Below are positions 25,552 to 38,674 of a stretch of 64,000 nt of DNA, piece by piece. The position numbers and the translations under genes are program-made. Origin of the DNA: Styela clava. Lineage: Eukaryota. Where the stretch lies: assembly GCF_964204865.1 (NCBI RefSeq), contig NC_135257.1:13392001-13456000 (forward strand). Direction: 5' to 3'. The notes below the pieces were generated by a model, which worked only from the letters and a program-made list of their open reading frames with translations, ran no database searches and had not been told where the DNA came from. Position 1 is the stretch's first letter. Each line of letters starts with the position of its first letter.

Positions 25552-28500
25552 TTAAAAATCCTGTATATAACCATCAAATCCACCATCTCGGATGCTACCT
25601 GTGTCAGAACCAGTATCGTTGAGATACATAAGGTCGTAAGGATTATATTGATATCTTAATGATTTTACAACTCCTTCTGTTTTTGATTCAGCAACTGTTG
25701 ACTTATTTTTTGATTCCTTCGTTTTTGTTGTAGCAGCCTCCTGGCGCAGAATGTCTTGCATTGGTTTCGGTAAGACGGACGCGTAAGGATTCTCAGCCCC
25801 GACACCCATTCCTCTTTCTGCCAGTGAGTCAAGTGCTATAGATGAGCCCTCTCCATCACCAGATTGTCTGATGGACGAAAGAGCGTCAGAGTAGAACTGA
25901 CGAGCTTCTAATAATTTGACTTCAAGAGAATTCAGCTTCTTTGTAATCGCCTGAACAAAAATTGAGAATGATAAAAAATAAAATAGGCTTGATTTCTTTT
26001 TGAAACCAAATTAGCACAAAAGCTGATTTGCATTGAATTTTAATAAAAAAATTTCTTGCGGTAAAAGTAAATTTTTTGTAAAGGTCATTTCCTTTGTACA
26101 AATAAAAAATTTGCAGTTTATACATACATAACCATCAATTCTACTTTTTAGTAAAATAAGTATGAAGCGAAGCAAACATTATCAAATTTTCATTTATTGA
26201 TAGCTGCACCCAAAAACCAGCATTGATTGTGGTCTTAATAAGAGTATTAATCAAATATGAAGACCAAGAAGTTCGTCAATATCAGCTTAGATTGGAACAT
26301 TGTTTACAAGCATGATCAAGTATTGAAATGCAATCACAATACAGTACATGAGTACATGCATATTTGTTTGTCAGTATATTAGAAACAATACCTCAAGTTT
26401 AATTTGAAAATCCTGCTGGACTTCGAAATAAGGTTTTGCCTTGACAATATTTCTCTGTAAAGTAACTTGATATTTGTTTTTATCATCTTCAGCAGCTTTA
26501 AAAATTCCAGCAGCTTTCATGTGAATTCCGTGTATATAATCTTTTTCTCTTGATGCTTCGTTTACCTGAATTACAATTAATTAAAGGTAATGCCTAATCT
26601 AACAGTGGTTCCCAATCTGTATAAAATGGGGATTCATTATTGGATGATAACACCAACCAACCATAACTGCTGAACATCTATCTCCTCCTCGTAACTCATT
26701 TTGGATTTCTCATACCTCCTTATTATTGCTTGCCTATGCAAGGATTTTAACGCTATCGCAAAAATTGTAATCGTGAATAAAATTCTTACAGCTGTCTCAA
26801 TTATTTGAAAATTAGAAATCAGAATCATTTGAAAATTAGAATCAGAAGATTGCGAACAACTGATCTGGGGCTCGCATCCTTTTACACAGGTAAATTAGTG
26901 AGAATAAAAAAATCTTCACGGACTGGTAATGTTTAATGTTAACAGTCAAGTCCTAGTGGATAAAACAGAACAGTATGTATAGTTTTTTGTTCAGAAAAGC
27001 AGGTATATATATTTGAAACAAGTAATTCATATGCCAAACGGATGACTTATTTACTGCATTGTTCCTGATCTGTATATGAAAAAAGTTTGATCAAGAATAT
27101 AAATTTCTAATAAGTCAAGTTCCAACACACAAAGAGTTGGTTAATTGTAAATAATGCAGCAGTGGCTGCTTGTCTAGGGCATTGTTCAGAGCGGAATCAC
27201 CTCAAATTACTTAGATTACTTAAATTCAAATTACCTTTGAAGTTGCTTGGTTCAACATTTCCTGCCACGTTGTATCAAACTTATCCGATGATAAAGACAG
27301 ACGTTCTTCTGCGACTCGAACCATATCTCTTCCTGCTTTCTGAAGGTTAACTGCTCTTTTATACCTAATGGCAGCCTGCTGGGTCTCCATTTGCGCCTGT
27401 CAATACAACAGTATTCAAAAAGGTTATATTTACAAATAAATCTCTTTCTACAAAAATCACAGTTGACAGAGTCCATAGACTCTAAAAAAATTAGGTACGG
27501 CACATCACTACAGGTTTGGTTCATGGTATGCGACTGAATTTCATTTCTTATTATATTAATACGACTTAGGGATGTGGAGTCGGAGTTGAAGTTTGTCATG
27601 TTTCCATTGGATGGAAGACCGGATGGGAAACGCTGAACTTCCTAGAGACGGTAGTAGGAATTTGAGACATTTAATGATGATAATCAATGTCAAAATTTCT
27701 AACAGAAGTTTGAAAAATTAACTTGGCTAGGCGTTTTGTAACCTCTATTAAAAGAATGCTTGGATATGGCAAAGTTTTTTATCGTCAGAACTTCCGTGGG
27801 ATTACAGAACTGGAATCGAGGTCAAAATTTCCCCGGGACCCCCACAGCCTTGACATTACCTATTAATAATAAATTAAATTAACCGCTGAATGACTGGATG
27901 AGGGATGGGATTTCAATCCCCGTATGGCCATACAGCTTCAAGAAAATCTCAAAATGTATCTGTGTATGTATTTGTTTATGATGGAACCCAATCTCACCTT
28001 TCTTGCTTTCATGACTGAATCGAAGTAGGGTCTTGCTCTTTCTACACAATTACCGAGACTTTGTGAAATTTCTTTCAACTTTCGAGAATATTCTGTCATC
28101 ATAGTTCGATATTTTGCTCTTGTTGACTGAAAGTATAATAAAGTGTACTTCAAGACATAAATGATTGAAAATGTATAAATATGAATTTGTAACTTGATGA
28201 GAAATAATAGTGTAAAGAGGAACAGCCATGCAAAGGTCTCAACTTTATGGGAATCACTACTCAGTACTCACTATTTACAGATACTGATCTTGTTATTTTA
28301 CATTGAAATATTTTTTAACAAAATTATAATATCAAACAAATCTCAATAAAATGATATGGTTGTTAGGTTCATATCAAAAACTACACAGGACACGGTGCCT
28401 GTCAGAGTCCACTAGAATCAGTTTATGCACTTTGTGGGAGCAAAGGTGACTTATGAAATTTGTCTTACTTCATGGAATAACCTTTCTTATTCTCTATAGC

Positions 28501-31500
28501 AGGGATTTAGAGTTGAATTTTATGTTGTGGTAAACAAGGCTTCAGATCTGCAAAATTCTGTGTCTATCTGGCATATATTTTTTTTTATACAAAATATAAT
28601 TTGCATTTTTTATCACAGCCATACATAAAATCAAGACTTAGTGAAAATTGTTTGTGAAATGAACTATGAATTAGAAAATCAATAGTTCAAACTTTGAATA
28701 AATAAAACACTACTACGTGGAAAACAAAATAGAACGTTATTATATTATATTAAGACAAAATATCCAAACAACATACATCTAGTTGAACTTCGAGTCGTGT
28801 GATACTATCGTGAGAACGTTGTAGTTTCTCTAAATCTGATTGTAAGTTTTTAGTTGCAGGAGTTGAATAGGAAGTCAATGTTGATTCAGGAATACTCTGT
28901 ATGTCGGTCAAACTATCAACTGAACCAGATCTTTGTAAAGTTGGATTCTTACGAAGATCATCAAGCTTCAAATAGAAAAATTTTGATTATAAAAAATTGA
29001 AATACCAAAATACCGGAAGCGGAAATACACGAATACCAAGATTCACTCTATAAAACGAAAATCAATATGAAACAATTATATTAAAAATAGACTTTAGTAC
29101 AATAAGGTAAGACAAATCCCCAATGACATAGGAAAACCTAAATTATAAAGGTTAGTTCACATATTACACCCAGTCACATGTACATATGTGTCAAAGTTCC
29201 ATACTGAATAGATAAGCAAAAAATAACAGAACTATCAGGTGGAGAGATACCTAAAATTTTTTTTATGTTTTGTAGCATTTAAGGGGTTTAAAATAAAATT
29301 GCTGAAAGTATTATTCATATTGTTCATATGTGGCTAGATATAAAAATGTCAGAAAAACATATAATTATTTGCATCTGGCTAAAGGATCATAATTCTTATT
29401 TCACAGTATCAACAAAAAAGTATCCATACAGAAGTCTTCTAATAAGCAATCTGAATTTCAATTAATCCATACAGAAAACAAAATTTGATATTTGAAAACA
29501 CAGGACATACCAGGCTTAAAAAAAAAATTGTGAAATTTAAATTATAAACAAATGTGATTTGCAGACAATGTTTAAGGCTGAACCAAACAAGATAATACAT
29601 TCAATCACAAATCAGGTAATATGTAACCAAGATTAAATGAACTCATAAAAGGAATGTGGAAAATTACCCTGTTATGATTATAAACCTAAAGAAAATGAAA
29701 AAAAAAAAACCCAAAGAAACAAATTTGTGTCACTCAACAGTGGATCGAGAAAAATGAGATTGATAAAAGTGTAGACAGATACAAAATCAGCAAAAATCTT
29801 ATGAATTTGTGCATTCTTTATGCTAAATTTAAAATCACACTGAACATAGACCAGTTGGTAATATCATCAGATATAAAATTCACCTTGGTTTTATAAAGAG
29901 GTTGCAATTAGTAATGCAACAACCCAATTCAAGCTGAGGAAACGTATAAGTCATAAGTGAATTGCTTTCTTTTTATTGAAATCAATCAATTATCATCATT
30001 CAATTATTATTCTCCTATGAATACATTGCTTGTACTGGACTCTGTCTGTCCATTGGTAATCAATATGTATCAAATCCAAGTTTTCATTGACATTATTATA
30101 ACTTGTGAGAGTACGATTATTGATGGACGGTATGGTATGACAATATTATCAATCAATAGACCTGCCAGGTAAATCTGAGATGGGTTAGAAAATTTCCCCT
30201 ATGAATTCGCCCTTCTATGAAAATATTAGGTTTCCAAAATTAAGATGATAATTGCTTTGTTGCAAAATAATAATATAACCACCATTAATAATAATTTTCA
30301 TTATCCATTGATAGTTTGATACTAATGTAATATGTCATATTACGATTGTCATAAAACAAATCAATTTTACAATATAAAACATTTACCGTATTTACAAACT
30401 GTCTAAATTTTTTCATTATAAAAGCATATTTTGTTGTATTTGATGTGTATTGCATATTGTCACAGAGTTTGGAAGGATTAGAATATTTATTGAACACAAC
30501 AACTATCAGGTTATCTCAATTAAAAAATGAGGTATTTAAGAAAAAAAAATTCTGAAGGAATAAGTCATATTCACTGATTATCATTCTAGAAGAAAGTGAA
30601 GTTTTTACTACAGTAAGTTTTGATTGTACGATGAAAAAGTAATGTATATTGAAGATATATCGGAGGATATTCAAATGAAAATATATTCTAAATTATTCAT
30701 CAGCTAATGAGACATAATTGAACATTTTTCAAGTACTAATGTAATGACCCACTTTATAGATTGATAAGCAAATATGCATGTAGACTAATCGACAATAAAT
30801 TAAAAAAACAGCTTCAGTCTAAAGCACAAACATGCACTTATTTATTCATAAAATTTTATCAGGTCTAACTTTTTAGCAAATAACCAAATTTAAATGTAGC
30901 TATCTGCACAACCATATATGTACTTTTGACTATTTATAGATGCCTAAAAAGGCTAATAATAAACAAATTGCATCATTGTGATATACCGGTCTTATATAGT
31001 ACCCCGAGGCAAAAATACGTTGCATATCAGATGTATTTCAACTTATAGTTGTGACTTGTGAGTCATAACTAGCACACCCAGAATATAGGATTAAATAAAA
31101 TCCACATTATATTTTATTCGAAAAATGGGGCAGTATAAAAATTGGGTTATAAGTGTTGGCCACATACAGAACAAGGCCTCCTATAATAGATTTAAAAATA
31201 ACATGATGAAGAAAAATAAGTTTAAGCGAGACATCTAACAGCTATCATACTGTGATGTAACTGTGAATTGTAATCACATCTTTGATGCCCTGAGGTTACA
31301 AATGATTGACTTCACAGTTCAAGCATTTTAATGACCCTAATAAATTATCTTTTGCTTGATATACTTGAGTTTTCGAATACAAAAAAAAACATTATCAACG
31401 ACTAAATTCTAATGAAACTAGTAACTACCTTAAATATCATAAAGCTAAGTTTCAAACTTCCATAAATCATGATGGATGAATGCATATGGATATGATGATT

Positions 31501-33432
31501 ACTAATACCACCCATGCATCAAAGTTCAATTCATTAGCTAGTGTGCCATAGTTGAATCACACAATAGTAGTGTGATTCATCCTTGGCCCATCTGTGTTTA
31601 ATGCATAAATCTAGAAACATCATTTAATGTAATCAAAGTAGATAGAAATTAGGGAAAAAATGTGGAATGATCAATACGATTTACCCGCAATGCATTAGAA
31701 TTGAGTATCATAATTGCCCTTCTTACTCTAACGAAAGAAATGAAATGGATTTAGCAAAAATATGAACAGTGATCCATCTCAATCAGTAATGTAATGGATC
31801 CATCTGTATTTGAACATAAACCAGCATGCTCATTAACTGCCATTGATACTTACAAAGTGAATGACTGAACGAATCGGGTGACGCTAAAATATAGACAAAT
31901 ATGAGTATTTTTCTACAAAATTTTTCCAATTTTTTTTCATATACCGGTAAATACCAAATTTTTTTTATAGACCTTTTACTCTGAACAAGGCTCTGTACAA
32001 GGAGCTACTGCTTGTGAGAAAACACTTTATTTTGAATGGGACAGAATCTATCCGATTTGTAGGTGACATGGGATATATACCAATTTAAAAAAATATATAT
32101 GTAAACTATTAACATTGGATAAAAAAAAATATTTCATAAGTTTTTGACAAAATATAATATGTACAATGATAGTTTATTGCTTTTTGCTGCTAATTATTCA
32201 ATTTTCAACCAAATATTAACGTTTCCAATACAGAGTCATGCTGGTTAAAAATATGTTGAAAGTTAGTATTTGAACATTACACTCATTAAGGTACCGGTAC
32301 ATCAAATATAAAGGCAATATATTTTCAAACTGGAATCTTATATAATAGTTAAATTCACTACTGTCTGGGTTAATTACAAATAACATGATAATTATATATA
32401 AACCTGTGATTGTAGGTTGGTCAGTTTGTCCACACTGTCTATTCCACTACAGCTAGATGATTGATGGAAACGTTTTTTGATGAATTGAAGCTCGGATGAA
32501 AGTTCACTATCAGGAGAAAAACAACTGAGTGTACTGAGTGTGTCATTTAATTCTGAAGCAGCATCCATATCAGCAAGGTCGAGGAAGGACTTCTTGGAAG
32601 TTTCATATGACTGGATAAAAAAAAAATAAAGTTATAGAAAAAAAAGAGAAAAATTGTTCTAAATTAAACAGAAATGTTCTAAATTACAGAATTAAACATA
32701 CAGATGCCCATTTGTAATAGCTCAAGTGCTCAGATGTGTTGCCTCTATTCAATCAATAGATAACATTACAGACTCATTCTTCCCCAAAAATAAGCATTAT
32801 TTTCAGGGTTATGATGTACTGAAACTAATAATACACAACTTTACCTAATTTTTTTTACATAAATGATGCTTCATCTGATAAAATGATTTCTAAAAATGAT
32901 ACTAGTTTAATTTATATGAGATGCAGTTACCTGTAGATCGAGAAGCATTCTAGTATGATCATTGACTAAATTTTTTTGTTGCATCAAAAGTTCTTCAAGT
33001 TCTTGAGCAAGGAATACTCCCAATTCACTACACAGATATAACTCTTTTTCTTGTTTTTCATTTTCTTCTTCCAAATCATCAAAACACGATCCCTGTTGTT
33101 GATCTTGTAAAACAAAATAGAAAACACTGGCAAAAATATTCATAGTCAAAAATATCACAGACAGATTTATTGATAACTGAAATTTATTAACTCTGTACAC
33201 AGATACAGTCAAAGTGCCTAACTTCGGACGAAACACATTAGCTGAAACTTCAATTGCTTACATCGCCAGCTATGTAAACATCTTCAGTTGCCAATTTTTC
33301 ATATTAAAAATTCATTTCACCTGTAACTGCCCCCATCATATTAGAAGAGAACTCATAGTTATTATTCAATGTTCTTTCTGGAATAAAGTCACAAGGAGCT
33401 TGATTCATGAAGAAAAGTTGTGATACATCCAT
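25552..33432 (-). CDS. SH3 domain-binding protein 5 family (SH3BP5/SH3BP5L-like, Rab11 GEF family), ~514 aa
   Basis: Exons 33432-33321, 33103-32931, 32610-32404, 28965-28777, 28126-27998, 27396-27235, 26565-26392, 25950-25552 join in frame. Family motifs: ITRLEVQLD, LGNCVERARPYF, AQMETQQAAIRYKRA, DTTWQEMLNQATSKVNEA, IVKAKPYFE, RGMGVGAE. The last five exons are secure; linkage of the first three is inferred from splice phase. Confidence 0.85.
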
Positions 33433-34117
33433 ATTTGATAACCCTAACCTGCTATATAAAATCTGTAATATATATGCCAAAATATTTATATTATAGATTA
33501 GTTACATTTACTAGCCTACTATATACAGATATATTCTTGATTTTATGCGTACCAGTATATATTATTTTCAATCCAATATAAGGAAAAGTGTTATTTGAAG
33601 CAAATGAAATTTGACAATGTAACGAAAAATATGTTCAATTCAATTACGAATTATAGACAAAAATGTATTTTCGAACTAAATTGATTGAAACTTTTCTGCA
33701 ACAACAATATAAAATACAGTTTTAACGATGAATGCAAATTTTCAAGTTCAAAGTTCTTGAATATGAAACACATACCGGTACTGTATTTGATTTTTCAAAT
33801 CCGAAAATGTTTTTGCAAGGAAGTGAAAATAATACAAAGCTATATCAATATGCCCTCCGTGACTGTTTTATAAACACTTTTACTACTATAAAACTTCCTG
33901 AAATTCCATAATACTGTAATATTGTCATAAAGCAGATATTGTATCTAAGTTCTGAAGTTAGGCAGGGTTGGCTGGTAGGGCAAATAAAAGAAGATTTGAA
34001 TTATCTGGACTGTGTACTTTCACATCACAATGATCACCATGTCATATCACTAATCAACTGTACGGTACCTACAGACCTACATGGCTTACAGATAGTTTGG
34101 AACCCACAGGCTGAAGT

Positions 34118-37100
34118 ACCAAAGTTACCGTACCCCAGCCCACACTCGCTCAGCCCACACTCAGCCTGACGTCAAGGGGTTAACCAACTATTTTACTGAC
34201 TTTATAAACGTAATTACATAAAAACTTGGTGACTCTGACAATATAGAGACCATATCTGATATACACAACGCAAATACAATACCAAGCACGGCCCAGTTAC
34301 CCCTAGTATGGCCTGACAAAAACGAGTGTGGGCCAGCGTCACACGAGTGTGGGCTACTGGCATCCCACGAGTGTGGGCTAGCGTCACACGAGTGTGGGCT
34401 GACGTTCTGACAATGTTTCACCGTAAGTTAAGGCATCCTAAACGTTCACAGATTACTAAATTACATATATCCATGTTTAACTCAGCGCCAGAACCTCTCA
34501 AAGTCCGGCAATTGATGGCACAAAATAGCCACAATTGCCGGGAAAATGAATCAAAATCAGCTGAACTATGATATCTCTAATCACTGTTGCCAGATATATA
34601 GGTGGACAAGCATGAATTCACAGGAAGGTTTCACAACAAAAAAAATTTATATTTAAGCGAAATATCAAACCTATTCATTTCCATCAATAAGAATGAGGTA
34701 TGAACAAATCGAATCTGATTTGCACAAATACATCTTTTAGAATGAAGATTGAACAAGCAAATTCAAAAGCAAATTAAGTAACATTTACCCAAAGAGATAC
34801 ATTGTCTTGATGGCTTTGAAGTATGATTTCGGCACTTCTAATACTTTGTACGCCATGTAATCGACTTATTACATTATATATCCAATTATACAACAAATAA
34901 CGAAAAATTCAAAAATTCTACCGGGGGGAAAGACTTTGAAAAAAAAAAAATCTACCTATGTATAAAGATAATCCTATTTCCCGACAATGGTATTTTATGA
35001 CAAAATGCAACAAAGAATTGAAACTTTTCTATTAATTTGTACATTATATAGTGAATTATCTTACAAATAGTAAAAAATGAAAAAAAATTTACCGGGGGGG
35101 AAAGACTTTAAAATAAAACCGGAATCTACCTATATCTGACGATAATCATAATTCCCGATAATAGTATTTTATGACAAAATGCAACAAGAAATTGAAATTT
35201 TTCTATTTGTTTGTACATCACGAAATTTGCTTATTATATTATATAATGAATTATCTTACAAATATCGAATATTAAAAAAATTCTACCGGGGGAAAGACTT
35301 TAAAATAAAACCGGAATCTACCTATGTCTAACGATAACGGCACTATGTAATATGATAAGAAATTTTCGTGATGTACAAATTGATAGAAAAGTTTTAATTC
35401 CTTGTTGCATTTTGTCATAAAATACCATTATCGGGAATTATGATCATCGTTGACCGTAGGTAGATTTCGGTTTTATTTTTAAAGTCTTTCCCCGGTAGAA
35501 TTTTTTTTATTTTTTAGTATTTATAACATGAGTCACTATTTTATATAATAGACAAATTTCGTGATGTACAAATTGATAGAAAAGTTTCAATTCCTTGTTG
35601 CATTTTGTCATAAAATACCATTATCGGGAATTATGATTATCGTTAGACATAGGTAGAATCCGGTTTTACTTTAAAGTCTTTCCCCCCGGTAGAATTTTTT
35701 TATTTTTCAGTATTTATAAGACGAGTCACTATTTTATATAATAGGCAAATTTCGTGATGTACAAAAACGATAGAAAAGTTCCAATTCCTTGTTGCATTTT
35801 GTTATAAAATACCATTATCGGGAATTATAATTATCGTTAGACAGAGGTAGATTCCGGTTTTATTTTAAAGTCTTTCCCCCCGGTGGAATTTTTTTTATTT
35901 TTCAGTATTTATAAGATGAGTCACTATTTCATATAATAGGCAAATTTCGTGATGTACAAATTGATAGAAAAGTTTCAATTCCTTGTTGCATTTTGTCATA
36001 AAATACCATTATCGGGAATTATGATTATCGTTAGACATAGGTAGATTCTGGTTTTATTTTAAAGTCTTTCCCCCTGGTATATTTTTTTCAATATTTGATA
36101 TTTGTAAGATAATTCATTATATAATATAATAAGCAAATTTCGTGATGTACAACCTAATAGAAAAGTTTCAATTCCTTGTTGCATTTTGTCATAAAATATC
36201 ATTATCGGGAAATATGATTATCGTTAGACATAGGTAGATTCCGGTATTATTTTGAAGTCTTTCCCCCAGGTAGAATTTTTTTATTTTTTAATATTTGTAA
36301 GATAATTCACTATGTAATATAATAAGCAATTTTCGTAGTGTACAAATTGATATAAAAGTTATAATTTATTGTTGCATTTTGTCATAAAATACCATTATCG
36401 GGAATTATGATCATCGTTAGACATAGGTAGATTCCGGTTTTATTTTTAAAGTCTTTCCCCCAGATAGAATTTTTTTATTTTTCAGTATTTATAAGATGAG
36501 TCACTATTTTATATAATAGGCGAATTTCGTGATGTACAAATTGATAGAAAAGTTTCAATTCCTTGTTGCATTTTGTCATGAAATACCATCATCGGGAATT
36601 ATGATTATCGTTAGACATAGGTAGATTCCGGTTTTATTTTAAAGTCTTTCCCCCCTGTAGAATTTTTTTATTTTTCAGTATTTATAAGATGAGTCACTAT
36701 TTTATATAATAGGCAAATTTCGTGATGTACAAAACGATAGAAAAGTTTCAATTCTTTGTTGCATTTTGTCATAAAATACCATTATCGGGAATTATGATTA
36801 TCGTTAGACATAGGAAGATTCCGGTTTTATTTTAAAGTCTTTCCCCCCGGTAGAATTTTTTCAATATTTGATATTTGTAAGATAATTTACTATATAATAT
36901 AATAAGCAATTTTCGTGATGTACAAATTGATGGAAAAGTTTCAATTCCCTGTTGCATTTTGTCATAAAATACCATTATCGGGAATTATGATTATCGTTAG
37001 ACATAGGTAGATTCCGGTTTTATTTTAAAGTCTTTCCCCCCCCCCCCCCGTAGAATTTTTTTAATATTCGATATTTGTAAGATAATTCATTATATAATAT

Positions 37101-38231
37101 AATAAGCAAATTTCGTACGGTACAAACAAATAGAAAAATTTCAATTTCTTGTTGCATTTTGTCATAAAATACTATTATCGGGAATTATGATTATCGCCAG
37201 ATATAGGTAGATTCCGGTTTTATTTTAAAGTCTTTCCCCCCGGTAAATTTTTTTTTATTTTTCACTATTTGTAAGATAATTCACTATATAATATATTAAG
37301 CAAATTTCGTGATGTACAAATTAATAGAAAAGTTTCAATTCTTTATTGCATTTTGTCATAAAATATCATTGTCGAGAAATAGGATTATCTTTATACATAG
37401 GTAGATTCTTTTTTTTATTCCAAAGTCTTTCCCCCCGGTAGAATTTTTCGTTATTTGTTGGATAATTGGATATATAATGTAATAAGTCGATTTCATGGCG
37501 TACAAAGTATTAGAAGTGCCGAAATCAGACTTCAAAGCCATCAAGACAATGTATCTCTTTGGGTAAATGTTACTTAATTTGCTTTTGAATTTGCTTGTTC
37601 AATCTTTATTTTGAAAGATGTATTTGTGCGAATCAGATTCGATTTGTTCATACCTCATTCTTATTGATGGAAATGAATAGGTTTGATATTTCGCTTAGAT
37701 ATAAATTTTTTTTGTTATGAAACCTTCCTGTGAATTCATGCTTGTCCACCTATATATCTGGCAACAGTGATTAGAGATATCATAGTTCAGCTGATTTTGA
37801 TTCATTTTCCCGGCAATTGTGGCTATTTTGTGCCATCAATTGCCGGACTTTGAGAGGTTCTGGCGCTGAGTTAAACATGGATATATGTAATTTAGTAATC
37901 TGTGAACGTTTAGGATGCCTTAACTTACGGTGAAACATTGTCAGAACGTCAGCCCTTACTCGTGTGACGCTAGCCCACACTCGTGGGATGCCAGCCCACA
38001 CTCGTGTGACGCTAGCCCACACTTGTGTGACGCTGGCCCACACTCGTTTTTGTCAGGCCATACTAGGGGTAACTGGGCCGTGCTTGGTATTGTATTTGCG
38101 TTGTGTATATCAGATATGGTCTCTATATTGTCAGAGTCACCAAGTTTTTATGTAATTACGTTTATAAAGTCAGTAAAATAGTTGGTTAACCCTTTGACGT
38201 CAGGCTGAGTGTGGGCTGGGGTAACTTTGGT
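34118..38231. mobile_element. Foldback/Mutator-like non-autonomous element (4.1 kb, very long TIRs, 9-bp TSD)
   Basis: Ends ACCAAAGTTACC... / ...GGTAACTTTGGT; TSD GGCTGAAGT at 34109-34117 and 38232-38240; ~780-bp unique inverted arms (mirrored ORF pairs 34188/37930 and 34326/37780) containing ~21-bp subrepeats (CACACGAGTGTGGGC...). Confidence 0.9.
34900..37450. repeat. ~194-bp satellite inside the Foldback-like element; orientation flips at ~35340
   Basis: CGTGATGTACAAA recurs at ~35367, 35560, 35753, 35948, 36141 ... 37308 (about 11 units). About 2.5 units lie in the opposite orientation at 34900-35340. Confidence 0.92.
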
Positions 38232-38437
38232 GGCTGAAGTGCAGAGATACGGTATATATTTATCGTCTCAAAGAAGTCTCGATTGCTGTGATCTTATTAA
38301 AATATTTCATTAATGAAATAAGAGTATTTCGTTATTATTATTTGGTTTTTCACTTTTTGAAAGTGGAAAAGAGCTTACAAGTTCCAACACAAACAAGTTC
38401 ACATATCAATCCTAACCCCCACCTGACTACATCTTAA

Positions 38438-38674
38438 GTCTCGTGTAGTTTCGTACCTAACGTACTTCTAGTGTGCGTAGCATAACAATTTTTCCACGTA
38501 TCAATCCTAACCCCAACCTGACTGCTTGTTGGGATATGTTTGTAATTTTTATAACAAATTGAGTAACTGTATACTTCTTGCTGCCCGGTTTTATCTGGGA
38601 GTTACAATTGACATATCAAAAAATTGTTATGCTACGCCCACTAGAAGTACGTTAGGTACGAAACTACACGAGAC
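38438..38674. repeat. Inverted repeat / MITE-like structure (~56-bp arms)
   Basis: GTCTCGTGTAGTTTCGTACCTAACGTACTTCTAGTG..CATAACAATTTTT (38438-38493) vs its reverse complement (38619-38674). The same motif recurs at ~62765-62805. Confidence 0.7.

Noticed and set aside
29884-30162. Possible alternative first exon of the SH3BP5-like gene
   Set aside because: Splice-like ends exist, but the ATG frame ends in phase 2, which is incompatible with the phase-0 next exon.
34900-37450. CRISPR-like array (also considered for 20414-21002)
   Set aside because: Units are contiguous with no unique spacers, there are no cas genes and the context is eukaryotic.
34188-38181. ORFs 34188, 34326, 37780, 37930 and 37964
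   Set aside because: Mirror-image readings of the element's inverted arms and 21-bp subrepeats; no transposase similarity.
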